A stretch of DNA of 64,000 bases from Octopus bimaculoides. Taxonomy: Eukaryota. Location of the stretch: contig NC_069004.1 of the NCBI RefSeq assembly GCF_001194135.2, forward strand, positions 15,750,905-15,814,904. The letters are read 5' to 3'. Positions 1 through 14,444 of this stretch are shown here, in pieces. The position numbers were made by a program, and so were the translations under genes. The notes below the pieces were generated by a model. The model had not been told where the DNA came from, searched no databases, and saw only the letters and a program-made list of their open reading frames with translations. Position 1 is the stretch's first letter. Every line of letters starts with the position of its first letter.

Positions 1-159
1 AACTAGTACTTATTTTATCAACTCTGAAAGGATAAAAGACAACGTCAACCTTGATAGCATTTCAAGTCAGCATGTAAAGATAGACAAAAATGCTGCAAAG
101 CATTTTACCCGGCATACTAATAATTCTGCCAGCTCACCACCTTAATAATAATAATAATA

Positions 160-375
160 ATGGTTTCAAATTTTGCCACAAGGGCAGCAATTTTGGGGGA
201 GGTGGGGATAGTCAATTACATCGACCCCAGTGTGAAACTGGTGCTTATTTTATCGACCCCAAAAGGATGAAAGGCAAAGTTGAACTTGGCGGAATTTGAG
301 TGCAGAATGTAATGGCAGACAGAGTACTGCTAAGCATTTTGCCCAATGTGCTAATGATTCTGGCATCTTACTGCC
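160..375 (+). repeat. High-copy SINE-like repeat family A (further copies at 1-140, 3790-3950, 4015-4115, 34950-35545, 37490-37620)
   Basis: Recurrent module gtcaattacatcgaccccagtg...tttatcgacccc..aaggatgaaaggcaaagt..aac.t.ggc.gaattt...gattctgccagc ending in (TAA)n; several 75-85% similar copies by eye. Confidence 0.75.
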
Positions 376-410
<35 letters not shown>

Positions 411-412
<2 letters not shown>

Positions 413-1280
413 ATACAGAGGACCAGTGGCTGACAGATACAGAAAACAGCTGGCTATGGATGAGACAGATACAGAAGACTGGTGGCTATGGATGAAGAGG
501 AGTGACCTGAAGATAGAGACAGAAGCAACCATATGCGCAACTCAGGAATAAGCATTAAGGACCAACTATATGACGTGCAGACTAGACAACACTACCAATA
601 GCAACAAATATAGAATGTGTGGTAAGAGGGGGTGAAATGGTATGGCACATTGTTAGAAAATGCCCCAAATTGGCACAACACGAATACAAAAGATGTCATG
701 ACAATGTGGCAAGAACAATCCATTGGGAGTCTACAAAGAGCAAAGACGTGGTATGAGCAAACCCCAGAAGGAGTCACCGTAAATGAAAATTGCAAAATCT
801 TGTGGGATGCAATGATTCAGTGTGATCACCTAACCAGACATCAGAAACTGGACATTGTTGTGGTGAATGAAAAAGAAAAAAACACATATGATAATCAATA
901 TAGCATGCCCAGGTGACAACAGGATCAATGTGAAAGAAGAAGAAAAAATAAACAACTATGACGATTTGAAGTGGGAAATACGAAGGTTGTGGTCAAGGGA
1001 GAGAGTAGACGTGATACCAACAGTAATTGGTGCACTTGGAAGTATCAGCACTCAGCTACCAACAGGGCTGAAAAAGATTGGTGCAAGTGTGAAAGTAGAA
1101 CACCTACTAAAATCAGCATTGCTTGGAAGTGTAAGAATTCTTCGCAGGGTTCTAGAGGCATGACCAGTAAACAAGTGTCACCTTAGTCTGCTCTGGCTGC
1201 GGACACCCTGGCACTTTCTGTCATACCCAGCAAAATAAGCTGTGAGTTTTCATATAATAATGATGATAATAATAATAATA
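411..1280 (+). mobile_element. 5'-truncated R4/Dong-like non-LTR retrotransposon (restriction-like endonuclease type), degraded
   Basis: Frameshifted pieces give WLWMKRSDLKIETEATICATQE, a CCHC-like knuckle (RMCGK...WHI..KC), a H.KLDIVVV endonuclease core, then ACPGDNRINVKEEEKINNYDDLKWEIRRLW and VIGALGSI. A 3' UTR and (TAA)n tail follow; (AAT)n also flanks the 5' side. Confidence 0.8.
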
Positions 1281-1363
1281 TTTTGAAGCTAGCTGCATGA
1301 TTCGTTTGTACGTAATATTTTCTCATCAATGTTGGAGGTGCTCTCTCTTTCTCTCTCTCTCTG

Positions 1364-1405
<42 letters not shown>

Positions 1406-2047
1406 ACTTCAGAATGGTGCAGTGACTTAGAATATCCCAACATTATTTTTCTGTTTTAGCTTGGTTCTATCACCACTGCTTGGACTAATGTTTTCAAATG
1501 CTGATTACATTATATCTTTTATAAATATTTTTAATTTCTTTTTTTCTCTTCCTTATCAATGTGAGAGACTTGCATGCATGTCTTTAAATTTTTTCCTTGT
1601 CAGTGTTAGAAACTGCTTGCATGTCTTTACAGATACATTTTCATTCTTTTCTTCTTTTCCTCATCAACATTAGAATGTTGCCTGCATATCTTAATAGGTA
1701 TATTTAACCCCATAACAATGATCTTTTTTTATCAAGCAACTAGGTTGCATTGACGGTAATCATCTCAGCTGAGATCAGCAGTTAGTGCATGACGATGATT
1801 TGGAGTATATTTGCATCATCCACTTTAACCAGTTTATGGCGCATGGCAACAGTAATCATGCTGATTGAAGTCAACACTCAATGCAAGATAATGTCCAGCA
1901 AATATTTATGTCAACTGCTTTAGTGCAAGTACTGTTTATTTACCTAAACTGTATCCCTGTGCAGGGCACTCATGTAGTGTTATTCCTGAATAAGATAACT
2001 TGACAGTACAAGTCAGATCAACTTCATGTATTTACAATCACTTAAAT

Positions 2048-3690
<1,643 letters not shown>

Positions 3691-4833
3691 GATGATGAAA
3701 TTGACAGAACTGGAGTGGCAGGATTGTAAATATTTACATGAAACATCTAATTGGCCTATCAGTTGGCAGGTAGACTGATACTAACTCAGGTAAATCAATT
3801 ACATCAACCCCAGTGTTTAACTGCTACTTATTTTATCAAGCCCTGAAAGGATGAAAAGCAAAGTCAACCTCAGTGGAATATAAATTCAACATAAAGATGG
3901 ACGAAATGTCAGCATGCTAATGATTCTGCCAGCTTTCCACCTTAATAATGATAATAATAAACCTTTCTACAATAGGTGCAAGGAAATCTTTTTTTGGTGG
4001 AGAAGAGTGGTTTAGTTGATTACACCGACCCCCCATACTCAGGTAGTACTTATTTTATCAACCCCAAAAGATGAAGGGCACAATTGATCTCGGGCGTACT
4101 TGAACTCAAAATGTAAAGTGTTAGAAATAATAATAATGAAGGGGCATTTCAGGGACAATTTATAATTTGTGTTGGGGTTTACATAAAAAAGTTAGAGGAA
4201 GAGGAGTGGAGAGATGAGACAAAAGTACCCTTAGTATACAAAATATGTAAATACGTCAATAATGCAGTCCTCCTCATGTAGGGGAGCCTCCAACTCAAGC
4301 CAGTCAAAGAGCCCCACAGATCCAGTATCACCTTAATCAAGGGCCCAAAACACTGAGAACAATACGAGGATGAAATACAAACAAAAATAAGGTTTGCATC
4401 AAGAAAAAATGAAATAATAATGCTATATTGCTATAAACTTGCTAGAAATAGTAGCAATATCTCCCTCAAACTGTATCCTAGCATCTTAATGAAATACAAA
4501 CAACATATCAGGTAATGTAGTTTAGGGTTCACTGTATTGTCAATAGAACAGTCATGATTGAAAAGTTTCTCATCATCTGTCTACACCATTGGAATTAAGC
4601 AGGGAATTCTACAGCTACTTAATCTGCTTGCTAGAAAAAGTTGCCATATGTTCATCAAACTATGCAGCCAGCAATGAGGAAACAAAATAGAGTTTGCATC
4701 AAACTGATTATGACAACGCTCCACCACATCACCTCTAATAAGTTTCACCCTTAATTTTCCTTTTTTTTTTTTCATCTTCCTGTCATCTTTGCCTTAAATG
4801 CCACCTTACCATATTGCTTGGTTTTTGTTTCAG

Positions 4834-4976
4834 TCTATAGAAGCAACTGTGACAATAAGCTACAGTGGCGGTCCTGGTTATCAAGAGTCTTTCTGCCGCC
4901 AATGCGCTATCAGTCTGCACTTTGAGGTCTTACCAACTGTAACAGTGCAACGGTGGGATGTTGTGCCTGGTGGAAG
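4834..4976 (+). CDS. TRAPPC9: TRAPPC9 coding exon A (first visible; gene starts upstream of the window)
   Basis: Acceptor ttggtttttgtttcag and donor AG|gtaaga; 143 nt, phase 0->2. Encodes SIEATVTISYSGGPGYQESFCRQCAISLHFEVLPTVTVQRWDVVPGG, matching the recalled human TRAPPC9 segment [32 protein letters not shown]. Confidence 0.9.
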
Positions 4977-5159
4977 GTAAGAGGCATTGATATATCTCAT
5001 ACTTTGACTACACTGCACTATGTTGTTGCTGTCATCATTACTCTGCCATGGTTGTTGTTGCTGTCATCATTACTCTGCCATGGTTGTTGTTGTGGTGCCT
5101 TCTCTCTTTATCTCTTTCTCTTAATTTCTCTCACTTCCTAATTCTTTCTCTGTATCCTC

Positions 5160-5180
5160 CATCTCTCTCTCTTTCTCATT

Positions 5181-5211
<31 letters not shown>

Positions 5212-5262
5212 ATTTTCTCTTTCTCTCTCTCTCTCTCTTTTTCTCTTTCTCTCTCTCTCATT

Positions 5263-5303
<41 letters not shown>

Positions 5304-5460
5304 CTNNNNNNNNNNCTCTCTCTCATTTTCTCTTTCTCTCTCTCATTTTCTCTTTCTCTCTCTCTCTCTCTCTTTCTCATTTTCACTCTCTCTCTCTCTC
5401 TCTCTCTCATTTTCTCTTTCTCTCTCTCTCTCATTTTTTCTTTCTCTCTCTCTCTCATAA
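5160..5460. repeat. Compound (CT)n microsatellite, representative of many (CT/GA, CA/GT, AT, GATA, CATA) arrays in the window
   Basis: Read directly; other examples at 8240-8340, 16530-16600, 38195-38265, 40250-40385, 55558-55616 and 57636-57745. Confidence 0.95.
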
Positions 5461-5639
5461 TATTTTGTGTGACCCTTTTTTTTCTTTCACTGGTTTGATT
5501 TAGAGAAAAGTGCTAGTCTCAGAGGGTATTTACAGGCTCTCTGAGACTAGTAAGATCAATACAGTCAGTGTCCCTCTTAAATAAGTTTATGGTTGCAGGA
5601 AAAATCTAAGCAGGAGTGGAATTCCAAAACTTAACATGG

Positions 5640-6480
5640 GAAAGACTGTCTGGGAACAGTTGTTATTGCATGCTTAAAAGAGTGGGTAATGAGCTCAATA
5701 TAGTTGATGAAAGGGGGAGAGATGCGTAAGGCTGGAGTACATAAATTAAAATGGCACAATACTAGTCATCCCTGAGGAGCAGAAGCCACATAGTTATAGT
5801 AGATAAGGCAGGATGTGTGTAGTCAAGAGGCTGGAATGTGTAAGCAATTGTTCTTTGAATACCATCTAGGTTGTCTTTGTATGCAGCAGTACCACAATCT
5901 TCCTAGATATTGGAGCTGCATTTCATTTTGAATGTCATCTGAAATTTGAAGAGCGTTAATAGTTGTTGGTGGGGCTGAAGAATTTTCTGATTCTGTAGCA
6001 GAAGACCAGTTTTAGTGATGCAGTTTTCACTATATTGAAGGTGTACTTTCATTATGAGATACCTTCAGTAAAGGTATTTGTTGTGATCTTAAGGTTCAAG
6101 TTGTATTATGTTCATATTCATAGGGTGACTGAGGTACGCTGTTACTTTTTGATATGCATGATTATTCTATCTTTGTGTTATTGAAGGAAACAAAATTAGC
6201 ATGGCCCTATGAGAGAATGTCTTTTGAGGTCTCTGTTTATTGTCTCAATGCAGGTTTGGTGTGAGATATCTAGGTTGCAGGTGGATGACATGCAGGTGCA
6301 GATGGTTAGCAAAGAATGCATGTTAGTGGACATTATTGGAGGTGGCAGCTAGTAGGTTATTGATGTACAGCAGTAAAAATATATTTGAGAAATTTTAGAT
6401 AAAAGGATTGGCAGGTTCTATGTTGTGTACTCCAGCAAGTGAGATATTTGTGGTTTGGGTCTTGTCAGTGAGTCTATTTC
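5640..6480 (-). mobile_element. CR1/L2-group LINE RT 3' fragment, degraded
   Basis: Minus-strand remnants FLLLYINNLL..SNNVH, NFVSFNNTK and KLVFCYRIRKFFSP..LLTLFK are typical of CR1/L2-group RT C-termini; many stops. Confidence 0.55.
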
Positions 6481-6580
6481 TCATTTTTACCTCTAAATGC
6501 TACTGTTAATACCTAAAACGATTAAATGTTAAATGTTGTGCACATGCATGAATGTGTGTGCATACACATACACACACACA

Positions 6581-6617
<37 letters not shown>

Positions 6618-7377
6618 CGCATATGTTTATGAATATCTGCATGTATATCATCACCTTTTTATACCCCCTTTTCTTTGTGCCATTGGTTGGACACATTCCA
6701 CATCTTGTTACTCATAACATTCCACATCATGTGAGACCCAGCAACACAGAAAAACACTCAACCTTGTCTTACTGTGTGGACTTGGTGTACTTTATGGTAC
6801 TCTGATACTAGCAAGGTTGTTTGTGGTTAGGTTAAAGTATCCTTTTTAGTTTGTATCTTATCTTATATATGCACATGCACACACTCCCTCTTCCACACAA
6901 ACACAAGTTCATATATCTTTATAAACTCACACACATACAAATTCATCTATATATACACACACATATGCACACAAGTACAAGTTCATATATCTATGTAATA
7001 TCATATGTGTATGTAGAGATGTAGAGGAAGAATGAGTGACTGAAAGTGAGAAGAAAAGTGACGTCAAAAAGGGACTGGAAGAAAGAGGAAATGACGTCAC
7101 ATCAAGAAGCAGTGAATTCAAAACAACCTCTTTCTTACGGATCCGTTGTGAGCAAAGGATGTATGCTGGGAGCAATCGTAGAGTAGTAGTCCTTTCTGGT
7201 CAGAGGTTGGGGAGAGCTTACATATGGACACAACTGTGTGGTCCTACTGATTTCCCAAGACCTGGCACTTGGAGGGATTGTCACCAATTGCAACTCAAGG
7301 TAAGAGCAACCTTTATTTGTGCCTTACAACAAAGCACATATACACAAAAATTCATATATCTGTATAGACTCACATAT

Positions 7378-7423
<46 letters not shown>

Positions 7424-7526
7424 GCACAGGTTCATGAGTTTATACACACTCACACACACATAAGTTCATATGTCTATACACATTTGTATGTAGAGATTCA
7501 CATGTATATTTCTGTTTGTCTTTTAG

Positions 7527-7637
7527 TTATGACCGTTGCTTCCTATTATTTGACTTACTGAATCAGTCAGGCCATCAAACTGAGGTACAGTACACTGATG
7601 GTGGACACATTATTATTGAGCCTTCACAGTGCAGAAG
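7527..7637 (+). CDS. TRAPPC9: TRAPPC9 coding exon B
   Basis: Acceptor ttctgtttgtcttttag and donor AG|gtatga; 111 nt, phase 2->2. Encodes (S)YDRCFLLFDLLNQSGHQTEVQYTDGGHIIIEPSQCR, aligning to human QCHLLLDVFNSTEHELTV...LILHAGECQR. Confidence 0.85.
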
Positions 7638-8240
7638 GTATGATATACATAATAGTTTCAACCATCCACATTCTGAGTTCAAATCTCTCCAGGTCAACTT
7701 TATCTTTCATGCAGTTTTTATATTGTTGGAACGTTTGAAAAAGGCATGAATATCACATACTCTAATGTTCTTCTATTTCCCCCTCCCCTACCGACTCTGA
7801 GGCCTTATACTTATTAAAGCAAACCGTAAATCATATCAGTTGAACCTGGTGACATTTGAGTTCAAGACTAATTTTATCAATTCAAAATTTTCAAATCATT
7901 AATTGTAAACTTCCACTTGTTAATATTAATTAAACATGATAAAGGTAAATATTTCTTAAATCATAGCAGTAATAATATTTATTATAATTGCCATTAATAT
8001 CTAATAATGTTTATTATGTCATTAATATGTAACAATGTTTATTGTAATGTCCTTAATATATAATAATGTTATTATTATATAGTAAAGATAGCAAAATTTG
8101 TACAGTCATTAGAATGTCAGATGGAATACCTTGCTGTATATGTTTTGGTTCTCTGAGGTCAGAGCTCAAACCAAACCCAGATCAACTTTGCTTTTCATCC
8201 TTTTGGAGTCCATAAGTAAAGTACCAGTCAAGTATTCTCT

Positions 8241-8319
<79 letters not shown>

Positions 8320-8754
8320 TCTCTCCCTCTCTCACACACACACGCACAGAATCAGCTATATTGCATCTTGAGTAGGGCCATGGGTGATGGTGACTTCCTT
8401 ACTTCCAGAAATAGAGGACTGTGGAAAGTAATGGCAAACTCTTCTCATAGAAAATCTGTTACTTGTACCATCCAAGAACAGCTGATGTGCAGTGCAGCTT
8501 GAAATATAAATCAAAAGAATATCTAATACTAGCAATGTTATTGGAGTAGCAGAATATGTAGAGTAATGTTCAAAATGACTTGTAGTGTTATGTCTCTTTA
8601 CATTCAAAATTCAAACCCGATCTGGTGATAGTCTTATAAATCTCATTCACATCTGGTAAGACTCAACCTTTTGTAGCCCAGCACCACTTTTTACTGAATT
8701 GTGTTTTACAAACATTCATATGATTGGATATTGCTGGCATTTTCTGTTTTGATT

Positions 8755-9237
8755 AGTCATGGAGCAGAAATGTGACCCCTCTCAAAGATCCTGGCTAAGA
8801 GGATCGATGGCTTTGATGAGAGAGCTCTGTGAACATCAGATGATAACATCACACTTCCAACAAAGAACTGCATGCACACACACATCAGCCTGCAGTCACC
8901 CACCTCATAGCTATCCATTGCTTGCGCTGGTATGGACATGTCCTCTGTCACCCACTTGATCATCCTACCAGGGCTTTACTCTCATTTGACGCAGCAGCTA
9001 TGAGCTGGAAGAGGCCTTATGGCAGGCTCCACACCAGATAGCTGGATGTAATAGGGGATGATCTTCAGAGGCTCCACATCACCTTGGAGGATGCAGAGGG
9101 GCTGGAATGTGACTTCTAGCAATGGAGAGCACTGGTGGACATGGTTGGCTCTACGCATGATGATGTCTCTGGGACCACTAACCCAGGATGACCCCAGCCT
9201 TATCAAGCAAGAGCCTGAAACAGCAGCAAGCAAGCAA
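8755..9237 (+). mobile_element. RTE-clade LINE 3' fragment
   Basis: Broken frames give GAEM.PLSKILAKRIDGFDERAL, LRWYGHVL and WKRPYGRLHTR.LDVIGDDL; ends in a short gcaa repeat tail. Confidence 0.65.
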
Positions 9238-10112
9238 CTTATTCATTTCCATGGGTTAAAATTGGTAGTAACTGAAAACAAATGACAATGAATAATTTTG
9301 TATTTAATTATATAAAATAAATAATTTATTAATGATGAATGTTTATAATACATAAAAAAAAAAGTATTTACAAAAGAGTTGAAAATTAATGTTCAAATGG
9401 TAAATTAAAACATTTGCTTGTTTTCCTTCAATTTTTATTAATAATATTCATTAGCAAAGTTATGTTTACAAATTCAGATGGAAAAGAAGCAAACTGTAAA
9501 CATTGGACCTTGGAAGATCATCAGTTGCATTTCTGATCACTGATAACACAATGTCCCACTTGTATTGTAATTCTAACGGATAAAGAATTTTTTGAAATCT
9601 ATTTGCAATAAAAATTATTGTGCTTGGTTTAGATATTCTATTTCCAAGAATACTCAGCACCCCCATAACATTCTCCTTGACATTTGCTTCCACCTTGTGA
9701 GCTCACAAACACCGCCAATGGGTAATGCTGCCAAAGTTAAGAACTACTGCTTATAGAAACCTTTAATTGACACCAGATTGCTACTTTATTTCAGTGATCC
9801 TGGATAGATGAAATGCTAAAGTTAACCTCAGCAGGATTTACATTCTGAATGTTAAGAGCCATAACCAAAATACTGTGATATGATATGATTATGCCAGTCT
9901 ACTGCTATATGTACTCATTTAGGTTAACTTCTATCTTTCCTCCTTCCAGAATTGATGTAAAATAAGTTCCAGTAGTATACTGTAGTCATTTTGATCACCT
10001 GCCTCACTTCTTTACACGTTTATATGATGATAATATCTATTTTAATATTGTTAAAATAGCAATTATGATGATGATAATGATATTTTACTCTGTTGTATGA
10101 TAATTCTTGCAG

Positions 10113-10272
10113 AATAGGCATTCCATTCACAAGATGTCACTTACCTGAACAGGATGACCAGTGTGTGGTGAAGAAAGCTACTACATGTGATGTTGTGTGT
10201 CCTGTGGTTATTGAACCTGTCGATGTATGGAAAATGTACATTTTCAATTGTATTGACATTAGGTGGTCAATT
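10113..10272 (+). CDS. TRAPPC9: TRAPPC9 coding exon C
   Basis: Acceptor aattcttgcag and donor ATT|gtatcctt (U12-type); 160 nt, phase 2->0. Encodes (R)IGIPFTRCHLPEQDDQCVVKKATTCDVVCPVVIEPVDVWKMYIFNCIDIRWSI; the end matches human LGICWRI. Confidence 0.85.
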
Positions 10273-10779
10273 GTATCCTTGAAGAAGAGAACTGAGAGTG
10301 CAGTCTGTGTAGGGGGAGGGGGGCAGGTCTGCTGTAGAGCATGAATGTCAATTAGTATATTAATGAAACGTAAGGGCAAGCAATCTAATGGTCAAGCTTG
10401 ACTCTTGGCTCTCAGACCAGGCAGCACAGTGTTCTTGGGCAAGGAACCTCATTTCATAATGATTCAATTCACTCAACTGAAAATTAGTTGCATCTGTTTG
10501 TTTAATGGCACCTCACAGACTAAAACCTTGCAGTGAAAGGTGTCAGTAGTCCTTGATGGCTATGGCTCACTAGATGATAATAAGCAGGGAGGGGATTTGT
10601 TTATTGTTTATCCCCAAGTCAGTTATAAATCAGAAGACCTGTGATCTACTCACAACAAGCCCAATTATTCAATGTGTCATTCTTAAAGAGAGTAAGGTTT
10701 GATGTGAATTGCTTTAGTTGTTATTTTTAGCAATTTGAGTAACCACATAGAATCTCCTTCATTGGCTTGTATGGGAGTG

Positions 10780-11000
10780 GATGGGTGTTTTGATGTATTG
10801 GATCTGTTGCAGGTATTGATGGGTTCTAATGGAGTCTGGAGATGGGTGTTTTCAATCACATCAATGTCATTAGCAAAGGCATGAATATTACAGAATCCTC
10901 CATTCTTCTCTAGACTGTCTGTAAATCTGAGGTGTTGAGTCTGTAGAAGTGAACGTTATCAGCTCCAGTATAGTTGAATGCTGAATTCTCACATAAGCTG
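10780..11000 (-). mobile_element. Possible ancient LINE RT remnant
   Basis: Minus-strand peptide NIHAFANDIDVIENTHLQTPLE resembles the RT (F/Y)ADD motif region; little other support. Confidence 0.3.
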
Positions 11001-12599
11001 TCTTGTCTGTTATTGTATTCTGGAACTTGGTGTCATTAGATCATCAGTAAGGAATGTAAGAATCATTCCATGCTTTTCATGTTATCTGGCAGGGCTCACT
11101 CTGAGCACTCTAATTTTTTCAGTGAACATATTAGCTCCCTCAGGCACTAATAATCTATATTTAAAAAATAAATCATTGAGGATATTTACTTTGAGGGGCC
11201 ATTGACAGGAAAAAATAATAGCTAAGTTGATATTTAATATAATGAGAGCATTAAATATCTAATTAGACATATATGTACATAGTGGGGGAAGGTACTGTTA
11301 TTATTATCATTCATTCCAGCAAACATAGGGGACAACTCTGAACATGTTTAAATCTTTTTAAAACTCTTTAGCAAAACATAGATTTCTCTGTACTTGTCAC
11401 TCTAGTAATAAGAGAATCATTTAGTAGATTTACAGTATCATACAGAAGCAGATATGGAAAAAGAGCATATTTAAAGATAAATTCAGATTAATTATTCAAA
11501 GATGCCAGCCACTTGAAAAATAAGTTAAGTTAGTGTTAATATAATGCAGTGAATATCAAATATTTTATGAAAAATAATTATCCAGAGAAGAAAAAGCTAT
11601 ATTAGCTCATTGACTAATGATAATTTTTTGAATCTCAAGATATATAATTCATTTGTTTTACATCTGTCTTTCTATATAAGAATAGGTTACATGAATATAT
11701 TATTGAAACCTTGTTTTACAGCCAGATGTCCTTACTGTCACTAACCCTTACCTATTTTTCAAGTAAGGAATTTCTTATTTCATATGTCTTTGAAGATGTG
11801 AAGTGGGCAGGCAATTTTTGACAGACATGACAAGTGTGGCTTGAGACTGTGAAAGAGCACAAATATAAACACACACACACACTTTTCAGTTGTAGTCCTA
11901 TCTGTATATATGCACATGTCACTCACATTCATGTGCGTATGTGTGCATGTACCAGTAACATTTGTTTGACCTTCTCTCTCTCTCATGTATTAAATCTGAT
12001 GATTTAATACATGTCTTAGAACAAGTTATTCTTGTGGAAACTGAACATTTGTCCTCTTATCTATATATTAATAACCTCCATATTAACTTTCTTCATAAAA
12101 GATGTGTAATAGTATATCTTGGCTATGGGTGTTACCAACTATATAATATTAAGTGCTTCTTAAATTTTTTTGTTACTTAAACTGTGTTATGGTAGTCAAT
12201 GATCATAGAACATGACGGTGAGAATTGAATTGAGAGAGTCAGAAAAGATACTGGGAAGGATTGGAGAAAGTGCAAAGAGAAGAAATAAGAATTAAGAAGA
12301 ATAAAGAGAAGAGAATCGGGAATGATGAGAGAAGGAATGAAATAAATTCAAGAAATGGATCCAGAAGGTGTCACACAACTGATGATGAAGCTGAAGCTAA
12401 TAGGACAAACATGAGAATTGTTAATCAAAAAAGAAAGCAAAATATGAACGATGATAATGGGCAAGAATATTTTTGCCAGAATATGAAAACAGTTTAGAAG
12501 AAAAAAGATCACTAAAGAGAATAAAGATTTCCTCAAAGGATTATGAAGGAAATTTTTGACATATCATTCCTGAGTGGGGAGATGGTTATGGAAATTCCC

Positions 12600-12795
12600 T
12601 TGGTACTGCTAGTTGTTATAATTATGGTATCATTAATTGTTATAGTTAGCACTGATTGTTATTTTCAATTAAGGTAGCTTTGATTGCTATAGTTAATTAT
12701 GCTATCACTAATTGTTATAATTATGATATCACTTTTGTTGTAGTTAATCATGGTAGCAATGATTGTTATAGTTAATTATGGTAGCACTGCTTTGT
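12600..12795. repeat. Degenerate AT-rich minisatellite
   Basis: Recurrent gttatagttaattatggtagcactgatt-like units of about 30 bp. Confidence 0.6.
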
Positions 12796-13761
12796 AGAGT
12801 TAACATGGACTGTAGTTATAGTATGTAAAGGATGAAAAATGCAACACAAAGACGAAATAAAAAATAAGTACAGAGCTGGTATAAGTTTGGCACTCGGGAA
12901 ATGGGGAAAAAGAAGGAAGTGTTTTTAATGTTCTCTAGTTTCACACCATCTCTATCCTATCTTTCAGAAAAAAAATGTATACTTGAAACATTAAAAATAT
13001 TTCCTTCCTTTTTTTCTCATTTCTTGAGCATCAAACTAATACTAACTCTGTTTAATTTTACCTTGTTTTTATGTTGTATTTTTCATCTTTTGCAGTGCAA
13101 TCGCTAATAACATGCTTAGTATCCTATTGTGAAACCCCTAGCACCTTGCTATAGTATCCAAATTAAAAATCTCTACTTTAAACCATGTTTCAAATGCCTA
13201 ACCATTAAGATCACTGTTTTGCTCCAGGTTCATAGGGTTTAACAGATTAAAGTATTACTCTGAATAGAATGTTAATCTGTCTCAGCTAACTTTCCCAGAT
13301 GATCTGATACCTATTCCTTCTGACAAGGATGGATTATCAAAATTGTTACAATATTGAACAAAATGCCCAGAGATTATTTAATCATGACCCTTTCCATTCT
13401 GGATTTAAATCTTGTCAAGGTCAGCTTTGTCTTTTATCATTCTGGGGTCAATAAAACACCAGTCAGTGTACTGGGGTCAATTTCTATTTCTTATAGATCA
13501 TCCATGATGTGAATGGACTGACAACAGAGCAGAAGAAAAATAAATTACACCTGAAGCAATGTATTAAAATGACATTCTAGGTTTCTGATATCTGGTCCCC
13601 AAAATCAGTCATTAAAGCATGATTTGAAACAGGGTTTTTAATATGTATGTATAAAAACACAAGGGGTTAGGTTAATTGATAATGGGGCAATACCATGGCA
13701 TATTTTTCTGGTGCTATAATATATTTGTGACATATGGATGTACCTTAACTGTTGTACCCAG

Positions 13762-13855
13762 CCAGCTGTGAGTGCTACTGGAAAAGTCTCTCTTGATAAC
13801 ATAGTGTGGGGCACATCACAGATGAACTTGATGAAGCTCAGTCCTATCAAATGGA
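13762..13855 (+). CDS. TRAPPC9: TRAPPC9 coding exon D
   Basis: Acceptor ccttaactgttgtacccag and donor A|gtaagt; 94 nt, phase 0->1. Encodes PAVSATGKVSLDNIVWGTSQMNLMKLSPIKW, aligning to human [30 protein letters not shown]. Confidence 0.85.
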
Positions 13856-14444
13856 GTAAGTACTCTCTCTCTCTCTCTTTCTTTCTCGTTCACTTTTTTC
13901 TGTATTTCTATATGATACATAGTTTGAGAAATCATTATCACTACCACCACTACAATGATCAATCATAACTACTACCACTATCAATCACGGTCACTTAACC
14001 TAACAGAAGTAGCAGCCAAACCACCCTCAAATCATAGAGTTCGGAACACTTTAAATAATATAGTCCTACATTTCTCTAAAATGACAGGTCAGTCACAGCT
14101 GGCATGTCTTTGACCTTAGGTTTTAGCCTTAGGTCGTTTTTGACTAAGCTAGCTCGGAGCTAAACAATGATAACCAAGATGTCCATTTTGTGCAGTTGCT
14201 GCATGTATTACACATATTGGTCAATGTCACTTTCTCACGCTAAGCTGGAGGCTTCTATGTAGACGTTTAGCCTATTAGAATTAGAAGCTAAATTTCTCTC
14301 ACATTACACTCAACTGTCTTATAAAAAAAGCGACATGTTGGCTAATGTATGTCGTGGGACTAAACAGTAGCAACAACTTGAAATGAAGCCAGCAGGAAAG
14401 CATCTTTGTGGTTACTCGGTCTGCTAAAAGTAAAAACCAAGATA

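Larger units (their letters stand above)
10273..13761 (+). other. U12-type (minor spliceosome) GT-AG intron of TRAPPC9
   Basis: 5' site GTATCCTT (10273-10280). Branch site CCTTAAC at 13743-13749, 10 nt upstream of the terminal AG at 13760-13761. No real polypyrimidine tract. Confidence 0.85.

Noticed and set aside
5048-5503. ORFs rich in SLSL, RERE, HTHT, CVCV or YIYI throughout the window
   Set aside because: These are translations of dinucleotide microsatellites.
7036-7437. 133-aa ORF, including MYAGSNRR from ATG 7159
   Set aside because: It has no recognisable family, runs into a (CA)n repeat, and its phase-0 donor is out of frame with the next TRAPPC9 exon.
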